From Eledone cirrhosa (taxonomy: Eukaryota), in the NCBI GenBank assembly GCA_964016885.1, contig OZ024741.1, positions 112,592,001 through 112,656,000 of the forward strand: a DNA stretch of 64,000 nucleotides, in the 5' to 3' direction. Position numbers and translations under genes: made by a program. The first letter of the stretch is position 1; each line of letters begins with the position of its first letter. The notes beneath the pieces are model-generated. The model was not told the DNA's origin, searched no databases, and was given only the letters and a program-made list of their open reading frames with translations. Below, piece by piece: positions 10,773-23,489 of this stretch.

Positions 10773-12699
10773 TATATGTATATATAGGTACATTTTTGTT
10801 GTTTCCTTGAGCAAGACATTTTATTTCATGTTGCTCCAGTTTACTCAGTTGTAGAAATGAGATGATAGGACTGGGGTCCCTATCATTAAATTACCCATGA
10901 CACCTCCGATGAGATATACCTTGGAGGAGGCCAGCTAAACCTTCATAGATGTGAGCTGTCACACCACACACATATAGGTGCATTGTTTATATATATATAT
11001 ATATTTAAGTTATACATGAAACACCAGCTCAATAATAATATAGTTAGATATATTTACTAAATTCCTCCAAGTACTTGATTTTCAAACTGCTTGAAAATCA
11101 TAGGCAGTGCCTTTCATTAGAAATATGGTAATGAGAGAGTTAATTCCTAATGTCCTCTATGGCATGAAACCATATTAGAAAGGCACATTTGTACCAAACT
11201 GCACTATGACTGTTCCACATAAAAAATTAAAGTCTTTATTCTAATACTGCAAATCTTTAAAAATAATCTGATCATAAGTAAAGATACTATAGATATTTGA
11301 AAAACACTCCTGTTTTTCAAAAATAATCCGACAGGTTGTTAAGAGTTTATCAAAATATCTCATTTTAATTTTAACATTTGTTTTGAAAAATGCAAAAATT
11401 AACTTGCTGTTCCAGTCAGGAGCAGTAAATTACAAAAAACAGCACGGACACTCAAAGAATTAATGTAGCTTATTTAGAATGATTTTGTGATATGACAGAT
11501 ATACTCTAGTGTAAAGCTGCGCATTTAAACCTAGTATAGGGCCAGTAACGTTTCAGCACTGAAGTAGTTTTTGTTTCTGGAAGTAGACTTAGAATTTAAA
11601 ATAGAGTATGGTATTAAGTTTCAATGGTGCACCCTCTGATTTAGGAAATAACATTTATAAAAAAACATCCTGAAATACTTTCCTTGCCAAAGAATTTCAA
11701 CCCAGAATGTTTTAAAACTCTCTTGCACACCAAACCCTGGCAATGGGCCATTTAAAGGCTATGGTGTAAATAGATGGTTGCTATGAAAGATCATCGGAAA
11801 ATATTAGTTGTCAGTAGATAGGGTTTAATATTGTCTGTTTCCTTTATATGTAGCAATTGTTTTATTGCTATGGAATGAAATTAAGTCATGTTTTTATTTG
11901 AAGTTGTTTTTGAGGACTTTGCATTTTGAGTACAATTCCTGCCTCTGACACTGGAAAAGCAGTAAAGCTTCTGCCAGGAAGAAAGTATCAGCATGTAGAC
12001 ATTAACAGCAATAGAACAACTAATGGACACCTAGTTTCCATGGTCTGATGTGATGATTGGCTGCTTTCTTCTTCCAGGTGTTGTGACCAGCTGTTAGTAC
12101 TAGCAATGGAAACACCTATAGAAACATAATTTCCTTGGTCTCATTTGATGATCAACTCCTTTTTTCTGCCAGGAATTATGACATGTAGTCAGTATCAGTA
12201 ATGGAAGGACCAATGGAGACCTACTTTCCTAAGTCCAATGTGATATAACAGCCCCTTTCCTTTTCCTTTCATCATATAAGTAGTGCATGTTTGAAGTGGG
12301 ATGTATAGAGGTACCACACAGATAACGCCTATGTGTAAATGGTTATCCTAGATGCAGGAAGGGTTAAGTGCTTAAGAAGTTTGCTTTGCAATCATGAGTT
12401 CCCAGATTTAGTCCCACTGCTTGGAATTTGGAGCCAGTATCAGGTTGTTTAGAAATTAACGCAGGTTTTTAAGCATTAACTTCAAAATGACATATCTCAG
12501 TCCAGAATAAATTTCATTGATTGAAATAAAATCCATTAAAATTTACACATGTTTGCCACCAAGATACAAGTTTATTCATTTCAGTAAAATAAAATTATTT
12601 TGTTTTGTCTTCTTCATATTCTTAAATATTTCTCCTAATATATTTTTTTCTATTTTTCTTTTAGGTAAACAATAATTAACTTCTGAAAATCTTCATTAT

Positions 12700-12929
12700 A
12701 TATCTCTCTCTCCAAAATGGCTGACTGAATACGCACGTGTGTTTTTTACTTCTACTTACTTTTTCCTCTTCTACTCACTCTTTACCTTTCTATCTTATCT
12801 TATATTTCTCATTCTATCTTCTAATGAAGGACTAATGTCCAAAACATTAAAACTTTTATTTCAAGCATTAAACTAATATAATTCTTCATTGTACTGTGTT
12901 GTTTGATTTGTTATTTCTGTTTACTTTTG

Positions 12930-12930
<1 letters not shown>
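12700..12930 (+). mobile_element. Short hammerhead-bearing repeat (degenerate copy)
   Basis: Aligns by eye with 16680-16940 and 19585-19815 (ctcattctat...tga...tcc(g/a)aaac...tcaagcatta). Confidence 0.6.
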
Positions 12931-12974
<44 letters not shown>

Positions 12975-13059
12975 CACACGCATGTTATGGTGTCTGATGT
13001 TCTCTACCCTAGAGACAGCCAGTAGCCTGCAATAAGTTTCCTTTTTATCATAAAGTAAG

Positions 13060-13580
13060 TTTGGAATAATTGCCCTGCCACCCTTCCTTAGCCAGGAAGG
13101 ACAGGCTGTTTTTGTCTGTCTGGTGGCCATGACAAAAGCGGTTGTATGGTGGATGCATTTAAAAGGGCTGAAGATGGGCATTTTCCTCTTTGGAGACACC
13201 CTGATTAACTTCTTCAGGTTTCACTTGAAGAGGAAAATCAAGGTGGAGAAAGAGCAATTTGTTGAAACATGGGTGAAAGAGGTGAGAATGGCCTGAGTGA
13301 ATGGGCCTGCTCTGAGCATGTGCCTGTAGATTGAGGGAAGCCACCTGGGAGATAACACTTACTCTGGCAGTTAGGGAGACTGTGGCTTTTGTGGGATTTC
13401 TACATGTGTAGCCCTTGGAGATCTCCCACCTAATGGGGAATTTTATTTATTTTTTTTTTTTTATATCATTTGTTTTTGTTTTATGCTCATTTTTTTTTAC
13501 ATGCAGAACCCCACATTGTATCATCCTGTGCTGTCCTTAATGTATTTTTTGTAAGTCTTTTGTGATGAATGAAGAAAACA
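13060..13580 (+). mobile_element. L1/Tx1-like LINE 3' fragment
   Basis: Frame 13066-13296 reads IIALPPFLSQEGQAVFVCLVAMTKAVVWW...FFRFHLKRKIKVEKEQFVETW, resembling an L1/Tx1 ORF2 C-terminus, followed by a T-rich 3' UTR. Confidence 0.5.
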
Positions 13581-16060
13581 TATCTAATGATGATGATAAT
13601 AATACTAATAAAAGTCTAGTATGAAAAAAAGAAGTTATTAACGATAAAAATTGCTCTTCTCTCATTGTCACTGATGTTATCATTAATGCTGATATGAGGG
13701 ATGGCATTGTGAGATAAGGCCTTATATTTGCTTTATATTATCAAGCTGTATTTTCTTTTATCGACAACTTTTGTCGTTTCTTTATTGCTTTGTTTATTTA
13801 ATTTGTATATATGTTGTCTAGACATCTGTGCATGTATAGCTGTGTATATGTACTGGATCTTGTGTGTTTATATATAATTTAACATATTTTACCATACCCC
13901 TGAGTCACCCCCAGCATTGTAAGTGAAATTGGGTTGATGGAAACTACAAAAGTTCATTCAATCGACTATATCTTTACAGCTTTGTAACATGATGAATTTC
14001 AATGATTTTGCTAAAAAAATTACATTAAGTGCATATATGTCTGTGAGGTACTTAGCCATTTGCTTCCTCGTAAAAACTCTAGGTATTTCCATGGATTAAA
14101 GATTTTAAAAGTTCATTGTTAAAATTTATGACGTATCCAATATTTTTCTGGATTATTGTGAATTGTGTTATGATGTTGATGAATCCTCCATCGATTTTGA
14201 TGATGAGCATTCAGTTGTTTGATCAACAAATTGTCTGATACTTTAATGTATAGGTGGCTGAGTATTCCACAGACACATGTATCCTCAACATAATTCTCAG
14301 GCAAAATCTGTGTGACACAATATCCGACAATGTTAGATCTTTGAATTACAGATACAATCCATCTTATGTACTTCTACACAGTTTTCATCAACACAATTTC
14401 AATCACAAAGCTTGGGTTGAACTGAGGCTGTAGCAAACACACATGCACAAGAATCCACACAATGGGATCATACCCAGGATGTCATGATTACAAAGTGAAA
14501 TTATTAACCACTTAGCAATGTCTACATCCTTAATGGGTCATATTTTATGCTTTGGAGTGGGTTTGACATGATGAAACTTTGAGGAGCTTATCTATGTAAA
14601 TGAAAAATTTGAGAGGCAGAACAGAATTTTGAGATATAGCAGGATTAATAGTATATAAACCTACCCATACTTGATGAGATGAAATCTAACAGGAAATATT
14701 TAATTTAACAGATGAGAGTTGCATAACTTGTTAGAAATTTTCTCAGGCCAGACAAGATCAAAGGATTTGTTGATGCTAAAGAGAATAACATTAATTTCTC
14801 CATAGTTTGAAAATGTATGATAACAGATATTTTGTAGATCTGGCTTAATATAAACTGTATAAAGGATTAGTTATTGTGCAAGAAATGGGAGGAAGAACAT
14901 AGTTATTTATGATTACCCCCTATATTTATGAAATGGAAATGAGGTAATAGGTTTACCTGAATGGACACTAAAACGATTCATTCTCCATTTCACAGCTAAG
15001 TAATGAGTGTTAAGAAAAGAATCCAGTTGTAAGACCATTTGCTCTAACATGTGTTAAAAAATGGACAGAAAAATAAATTATTTCAGCAACACTGGATGAA
15101 TAAAAAGCAAGTCAAATACAGCAGAATTTGAACTCAGAATGTTAATGAACTAAATCAGAATGTATAAAACGTTTATGCTCACTATGGTAATGGTGATGAA
15201 GATGGTGATGATAACGATTAAGACTTACACAATACAGTGCTTATTATTCACTAGCGGAAACACAGTTGTATTCTATTGCAGAATGAGAGAGAGAGAGAGA
15301 GCCATTTCTCATGAAAGATGTCATGGCTTTTCATGCAGATATTTTCCATCCAAAGGACATGCTACTTGTTCCTTTAACATTTCAAACTCAAACAGTGTCA
15401 TATTGCTTCATGTACTTGCATGGTCTTGCGGCAATCCTTGCTTTACATTCTACATGACATTTCATGGTATTTATTTTTTCACTTACTATTCTTATTCAAG
15501 CACACGTACACCTTCAAATACAAAATCAATCAAATCTACCCCTGTATGCACAGATACATAGACAGGTATTTGTTCTTTTCGCACTCACAAATCATCTTAG
15601 ATTTGCTATATATGCTCACATAATATATTTACATAATACATATATACAATCATATGCATATGTATCTAATGTGAGGTTCACATGAAAGGAAAATCACAGG
15701 CACTTGCAGGAACAGGTATAACTATGCATCAATATATGTACACATATATTATGTGTATATATATATATATATACCCACAAAAATATAATACTCACGTATA
15801 TGCATATGCACCTGAACACACACTCACATATATATATATATATATATACATACACACATACATATATGTTTACATATACAGTCATATATACTGTGCATGT
15901 CCTGTTTAGTATTACTGTATGTTGTATGAGGCAATTGAAGGATTGGCATCTATGTTGCCTTGAAAATATATGAAGACTGTCATGGGGCTCCCAGGGCTAA
16001 CCCCTGCCTTAGTGGAGAAAATTCTTTGAAATACTAGTAGTTGTTTATATATATATATGT

Positions 16061-16640
16061 TGTAGGAAGTGTATCTTCACATGTGTCCGGAGTGAAACTG
16101 CCTGCATGGATGTTCACCTGTTTTATGTCTGGCTAAAGAATAAAGCGATTCTCACACAGTCAATCATAGCAACCATGAACATATAACCGTTGCATGCATA
16201 TGGTACCCACTTTAGAGAGAAGAGCACAAACTTCCCATGTGATGTCACTGGCCCCTTGCTTCCAGAAAGACATGCCCTGCACTTCTGACACCCTCAAGGA
16301 TCAATCACCCCATAAAAATGACACCATGTCAATGTCCACTATCCCCTTGGGTGAGCAGCGTTCCCATTGCGATATCTGCACAGTTGGGGCAACACTTTTG
16401 TTTTTTTCTCTGAAGTCCATCAAATCAATGACTCTGTGGACATCCAAGACGTGATGTGGCATTCTGTCCACAGACACGTTGTATCAGGAATTTACAGCCA
16501 TTAATGTTCCCTTTCCACATTGAGATGTGCAATGTGCATTTGGGTACTTGACCCAGACTTCTTTGCCCACTTGTATGAATGCATTCTCTCTCTCTTACAA
16601 AGGGATTCTGAGGTAGAAGAAGCATGTGTCTTGCATACTT
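16061..16640 (-). mobile_element. Ty3/Gypsy LTR retrotransposon relic (integrase C-terminus + 3' LTR)
   Basis: Minus frame reads QVGKEVWVKYPNAHCTSQCGKGTLMAVNS*YNVSVDRMPHHVLDVHRV. Putative LTR 16061-16290 is bounded by imperfect TIRs TGTCAGAAGTG...CACTTCCTACA after a short purine run. Confidence 0.6.
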
Positions 16641-18070
16641 TGTAAACAAACTAATTTTGTTGATAGCTTATTTACATTGTGACACAAATCACGAACATGT
16701 GCTTTCTCTTCTATTTACATATTGTCATTCTTTTCTTCTCTTACTCTCATCAAACTTCCTATTACTTTTTCTCTCTCCCAACCATCTTCTCCTCTCTCTC
16801 ATTCTATCATCCAATGAAAGAATAGCATCCAAAACATTCGCTTTCCCAACTATCTCAAGCATTAAACTTATAAATCATCATTGTATTGTATTGCACTCCT
16901 GTGTTGATCTCTCTTATGTATGTGTTTATCCAACCACCTATCTTGTATATGTAACATAATAATCCGTGATTCAGTACTTTTTTACCTACTTGGGAGCAAG
17001 TAAGTTATAACCCTTTTAATCATCCCCTTTAGGAAACAAGCCCATACTTCAGTATTATGTTTGAGATCTATGGCTGGCTACATTCAGTGCAGCAATTAAG
17101 TAGGAGCACTAAATTCATCCTTGTTACTAACTACATTTCATTAGTTATTAATATTTGGAACTGCTTTCTTCTTCCTGCCTTTAAAATGTTATACTGTGCT
17201 ACATTTTAAACATACTTGATATCTCTATATGACAATCAATTTTGTGGCATAGTTGTATCTTGGTATAACAACCTCCCTAGTGTTGGTGATCTAGATTATA
17301 AACGCACCCAGTCATGCTGTAAAGTGGTTGGTGATAAGAAGGGCATCCAGTCATAGAAATCTTGTCAAACAAAAGGCTAGGAGGACCCTTATTTGTGCCA
17401 AAGGTACAAGAACCTCTCCTGAGCCCTCAATAGAATGCAAGACCAAATATAAGCGAGACACAGATCCCTGGCTTGCTTGGGAGATCAGTAGTTCCACTTC
17501 AGTACACATTTGGTCTATATAGACTCATCCAACCCTTGCTAGCAGGGAAAGCAGACATTAAAACAACAATGATGGTGATAGATAGATATATACATGCATG
17601 CACACCTCTCTATATCTATCTATCTTAATGCATGTGTAGGTTATTAAGTAATATTTGTTGATTCCTGTAGGTGGCATTAGCATCAACACTCGGTGCTATT
17701 ACTTGAAAAACAAGTATTTTTGTTGCAGTATCAGTGTTGTATGTTTGTATTCAGCAGAGTATATATATTATGTATGAGATATCGAAGTTATCAGAATAAT
17801 ATATATATTATGTATGAGAAAACCTTATTTTATTCCATATCAAACTTGACATATGACTCGCAGATAATCAGCTCAAGTCCTTAATCAATATGATTTCCTA
17901 ACTCCAGTAAATCTCTGTTCATCAGACAAGTAGCAGATTGATACTGGTGTTAGATCAATCATATTATGACCTCAAGCTGCAAAACATATGTAACATTTAA
18001 TATGGAATAAAATCATTTTAAAGTAAAACTATGTTATTTCATACATTATGTGTGTGTATATATATATATA

Positions 18071-19178
18071 TCATCATCACCATCGTCGTTTAACGTCTAT
18101 CTTCTACGCTAGTATGGGTTTGGACGGGAATTGTCCCACGTGAGGCAAGATTGGTTGTCTTGCTCATATAGGACTGTCTGGCGGGTTTTCTACAGCTGGA
18201 TGCCGTTCCTAACACCAACCACGTTTACAGTGTGGACAGGGAGGTTTTTACCGTGTTACCTACACGGCCACATTACAGCGTCGACTGTGTGTTTTTTTTG
18301 TCGTGACACCTACACGACCTCATTTATTTAGGACTAGATGTTGTGGCACCAACATAACTTTAGGTGTAGATGGGGGTGGGGGTAAGGGTAGTATGGTGGG
18401 GGTGTATTTTTGGTTAGGTGGTACCTACTGATTGTAGGTTTCGCTTTGTAATTAGGCAAGGCGGGTCTTCTGTATTACTGCGTAGCGCCAAAGATCTCGG
18501 TCCAGTGACATTGTCTTGGAGAGGTGTAAGTGTGTGAGGTCAGAATTTATCAAATCGTCCTCAGGTTTTTCTGGGTCTACCTACTCCGTAGCTTCCGTCT
18601 ATTTTAATCGCCCTGCACTTTTTTATACAGCTGTCGTCTTTCATGCGCATCACGTGACCATACCAACGTAGTCTTCTCTCGAGTAAACAGCATCTGATCC
18701 CTCTTATTCCTAATTTCTCACTTAGTTCATTTATGCTTTGCCGTTCACGTATATTACTATTACACATCCAGCGGAGCATGCAAGCTTCATTCCTCTCCAG
18801 TCTGCGCAGATCCTCTTCACACAATGCCTATGTCTCACTGCCATGTAACATTGCTGTTCGTATGCAGGCATCATTCAGTCTACCTTTCAATTTTAGGGAG
18901 AAACATTTAGCGGCCAATAGTGGTATAAGCCCTCTGAACTTTTTCCATCCCGTTCTGACTCTGGCTACTGTACTTTCAGAGCACCCACCACCACTGCTGA
19001 TTTTGTCACCCAGGTAATGGAAGGTGTCTACTATTCCTATAGAACCATCTGGGCAATGGAAGGAGCTAGTATCCTGTGGGCACTTGCTACTACTTGCTAC
19101 TGAGCACACCAGCCACATATAAAATCTATGTTCTTTGTTAGTTTACCTGTGATCCCACTACATCTTTTATGCACCCGT
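18071..19178 (-). mobile_element. 5'-truncated RTE LINE, same subfamily as 3753-4935
   Basis: ORF pieces 18561-19118 are near-identical to 4153-4935 (TFHYLGD, LHGSET, RRLRWYGHVMRM) but carry stops; same 3' UTR. Confidence 0.92.
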
Positions 19179-19180
19179 AA

Positions 19181-19209
<29 letters not shown>

Positions 19210-19211
<2 letters not shown>

Positions 19212-19289
19212 GGGCATCCCCCCAAAATATATACACACTTCAACAGCATTCTAATAAATATGTGGTATATATTTTTTTAGGACAACCTG
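19210..19289. mobile_element. 80 bp Tc1/mariner-type mini-MITE
   Basis: TA|cagggcatcccc-aaaatatata ... tatatattttttaggacaacctg|TA: imperfect TIRs with TA flanks. Confidence 0.55.
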
Positions 19290-19324
19290 TATATATATAT
19301 ATATATATATATATACATACAACA

Positions 19325-19545
19325 ATAAAACACACAGTCCACACTGTAATGTGGCCATGTAGGTAACACGGTAAAAACCTCCCAGTGCACACTGTAAACG
19401 TGGTTGGTATTAGGAAGGGCATCCAGCCATAGAAAACCCACCAGACAGTCCTGAGCAAGACAACCAATCTTGCCTCAAGTGGGACAATTCCCATCCAGAC
19501 CCATGCTAGCATGGAAAATGGACGTTAAACGATGATGATGATGAT
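19325..19545 (+). mobile_element. RTE 3' UTR-only insertion
   Basis: Reverse complement of 18071-18295; ends ggacgttaaac(gat)n. Confidence 0.85.
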
Positions 19546-19690
19546 ATATATATGTATATATATATATTTCATTTTTTCTTCCCCCAAGTGTCTGTCAGAA
19601 CACGTACATGTTTTTTCTTTCCAAACTGTTTTTCCGTTCTTTCCTCTTCTCAATCTCCATCTTTCTATTTCAACTTTTATTTCTCATTCT

Positions 19691-19728
19691 ATATTCTGAT
19701 GATAGACTAGTGTCCGAAACGTCATGAC
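19691..19728 (+). ncRNA. Minimal hammerhead ribozyme-like motif
   Basis: CTGATGA t agac-tagt-gtcc GAAA CG TC; the copy at 12815-12852 shows a paired ggac/gtcc stem II. Confidence 0.65.
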
Positions 19729-20259
19729 TCTTGACCTACTATTTCAAGCATTACAGTAACATATTTCTTCATTATACTCTATTATTTGCTATGTTGTTTC
19801 CATTTACTTCTCACACAAACACACATACACATACAAACACATATATCTGACTGCTCGTATACAAATCAAATGGACAAAATTCAGATCTAGTTGTCATGTC
19901 TATATCAATGACAATTTTGCTGATTATAAGGAATAAGCAACATAGGCTAACATCACTTCATCCAGAAGAAGAAACTGTGAAGGTTTAGAAACATTGAGCA
20001 TGGATTTAAGAACTTTATTCTTTCAAACAGTTTGCAAAGAACTCAATTGAAAACATGAAAAAACAAAACTTTACAAAGATAAAACAAGAACTCAGTTACG
20101 TCTTCTATTTCAACACACACATATGTGTATGTGTGTGTGTTGATATATATATATACCCACACATGCCAAAATTGTGCATATATGTTACACATGCACATAC
20201 AGAAAACATGATCATATACATTTTTATAGACATGTTTATAGACATGCACATATATGTAC

Positions 20260-20298
<39 letters not shown>

Positions 20299-20639
20299 CA
20301 CATATATGTACATATGTGTGTTTGTGTGTGTGTGTATAGACGCACATGCACACAAACACACAGACATATCATATCTCTCTGATACATTCAAACATACAAA
20401 TATGAAAACACACATTCTAAATAACACATGCATATGTATATATTATACACAATTTATTCACTTATCTGACAAATAATATTGATTTCTATATCTAAGCTTC
20501 ATTTTATATTCTATACACACACATACACAAGCATTCACAGAGGTGTATTTGTCACGTTAATAAATTCTATTTCCCAGTAATAACATATACTGGTAATTTC
20601 TGGAAATCTAGAAATTCAAATGTGATTTGTTACTGTATG

Positions 20640-21145
20640 TGTAAAGATGTAGTTTAGATTTGTGGAAGAATGGGCTACTACTGATGCACTCTTCATTGTG
20701 GGACAACTGCAAAAGAAGGTCTTTGCTAATAAGCTACTCTACCAGTCAAGGGAATCTATTTCATGTATGTTCTTAATACTTAGACTGACTGGGATAATAC
20801 TATATTTCTTGTGCAATTTACACTAAATAGCTGTGTGGGATTCTCTCCTTTCTGATAGTATTAGGATCTGATTTCTTTCTTATAAAAACTTTAGTCTTAG
20901 CTAAGATTAGTTTGAGGTTTTCAATTCAGGCTTCAGTTTCCCAATCTGGAATTTCTTCTTTAAGTTTAATACAGATTCAGCTATAAGAACTAGAGTACCA
21001 GTGTATAGAGGTTCCCATAAGTTGCCAGTCTTAAATTTCTCATTTATAGTTTGGAGTATAGTGATAAACAGTAATGAGTTGAAGACTGAAAACAATGAAC
21101 GTCTACTTGCTTACTAAATTCATTGCTGACTGTATCCTTGATCAG
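20640..21145. pseudogene. Old RTE RT fragments in convergent orientation
   Basis: Plus strand ~20645-20745 reads TTDALFIVGQLQ; minus ORF 20907-21095 reads SLLFITILQTINEKFKTGNLWEPLY. Confidence 0.65.
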
Positions 21146-21941
21146 TGCATCTCACCATCACACTTCTGTTACAATTCATTACTTTCTCTTACCGTGTCAT
21201 ATACATATTACTATCGCATTATGCTGCTTTCTATTAAACCTCCTACCCACGGCCAATTCTCTTGATCTGCTACCATCCTATAATTCTGTTGTTCTCTTCA
21301 CACTCATATCCATACTCTTCTCTCTTTCAGCCTAGCCATTCCTCCCCACTTAATTCCATTGTTTGCCTTCAAAAATGTAAACTACAATGAGTGGAAAGGA
21401 TTTCTTAATTTTGCATAGGACAAGTCAAGCTCTCTAGTGTTTGTACTACAATAAATTCACACAGTATATTCTGTAAATTGGTTGGTGTTAGGAAAGATAC
21501 TCAGCTGTAGAAATCATGCCAGCAATGGAGTGTAAAACTGAGACATGGTCCTTGAATCTGTTTACAAGAGCAGTAATTCTGAATAAGAAATGACTTGGAT
21601 CATGAAAACTATCAAACGTGTGTCAGCATAGAAAGCAGAAAAAATGATTTCTAATCTATGTCCAAGTCTTGCAATTTGTGGGACGGTGAGAAGTTGTTTA
21701 TATTGACTTAGTTTCAGACTGGTACTTTATTTTATTGACCTCAGAAAAATGGAAGACGAAGTTGACCACAGTGAGATTGACAATTCTACCAATCTACCAC
21801 TCTAGATATAAAAATCATGATGATGATATAACACACACACATGTTCATATTCATAGTTTATGAAAAGAAGTATTTTTTAAGAAAAGGCCCAGTACATAAT
21901 AATGTAAAGTGAATATTTATTCATTAAATAATATATACCTT

Positions 21942-21977
<36 letters not shown>

Positions 21978-21985
21978 TACAATAT

Positions 21986-22269
21986 TAATTGGAGTAAAAA
22001 TACAATATTAACAAATGGAAACTATATTTATACAGTATAAATACAGTATAAATAAAGTTATAACCCCACTATCTGGGAGCTTCCAACAGTAATGGTTGCA
22101 TTCTTTAATGGTATGTCAATATTTATTTATAAAACTGCTCTATATTATATTTTATCTGATGAAAGCACACCATAATTTAACTTGGTGTCTTTGAAATATG
22201 TATAATGAAATAAATATGGTTTTATAAATATAGTTTCCATTTGTTAATATTGTATTTTTACTCCAATTA
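21986..22269 (+). mobile_element. Hammerhead cassette flanked by inverted repeats
   Basis: Perfect 47 bp inverted arms at 21986-22032 and 22223-22269 enclose CTGATGA-stem-GAAA-tatg-TA at 22156-22202. Confidence 0.6.
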
Positions 22270-22349
22270 TTTGTTGAGTGCTTTATATCAGTTATAAAAA
22301 TATTTGCTTGTTGCATCCCAACATTTTAAATAGAACTTTTACATATATC

Positions 22350-22566
22350 ATCATTCATCATTTCATTTTACGTCCGCTTTTTCCCTGCTTGCAAGGGTGG
22401 GACAGGAACTGATTCTGGCTTGATTTCTATAGCTGGATGCCCTTCCTAACACCAACCTCATTTACAGTGAGTGCTGGGTGCTTTTTTGCCATGGCACCTG
22501 CACGACCACTTTGCAGTGGAATGATATGGACCCCAGTCCCTATCATCTCATTTATACAGCTGAGTA
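22350..22566 (-). mobile_element. Partial family-B SINE
   Basis: Reverse complement of 10510-10770. Confidence 0.8.
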
Positions 22567-22914
22567 ATATATATATATATAGTTCAAAATTGAATTGTTC
22601 AATATATCTTTACTTACCTTTGTAGTAGTTAGAAAAGTTACTGTTCATTGTTAAATGGCCATTCTATATTTATTTTTTGTGCTAAATCTGCAATATTGCA
22701 GATAATTCATACTGTCCTTTTAACTTTTGTTCAATATCGACCTTAAGGTAAACTTCCATTGGAGGAATATGTATTTAAATGTATTTTAATTGTATATCAG
22801 ACAATTGTGCTTTTATATGTGTACTTCGAAATACATCTGTTTTGTATACATCTAGCATTTGATACTTCCTCATATCATTATTATTATATTCTTCTTATTA
22901 TTTTTATATATCAT

Positions 22915-23108
22915 TGCGGTGAATTGGCAGTATCGGTAGAGGGTCAGACGCCATGCTTTCTAGCACAGTTACGTCCCTTTACAGTCTGAGTTCAAATCCC
23001 GCCGAGGTTTACTTTGCCTTTCATCCTTACAGGGTTGATAAAATAAAGTATCAGTAATGCACTCGGGTAATTGCTGGCCTTGTGCCAAAAGTAGAAACAA
23101 TTATTATT
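22915..23108 (+). mobile_element. tRNA-derived SINE (family A)
   Basis: tggcagtatcggtagag, gagttcaaatcccgcc, gataaaataaagta, ttgctggccttgtgcc. Confidence 0.85.
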
Positions 23109-23489
23109 ACCTTCTTATATTCTGTAACACTTTCAGTGCTTGCGTTTGTGTGTGTGTATCATCATAATCATCATTGCCATTCAACGTCCATTCTTCCATG
23201 CTGGCATGGGTTAGACAAGTAGTTGCATTGTGAGACAAGTCAGATCAGAGGATCGTGTCTTGTTCATACAGAACTGTTTCTGGCTTGGTTTCTATGGCTG
23301 GTGAGCTTTTCTAACACCTACCACTTTACAGTGTGGACTGGGTGTCTTACAGGGAGGATTAGGTGCTCTTTTGTCATGACACCACCATAAGCACGTTACA
23401 TCTGCTTTTATATATATATATGTTTTTTTTGTTTTTTTTTTATGACCATGCTGTAAAATGGAGGGGTAGAGAGGGCCCTTGAGCCTAGT

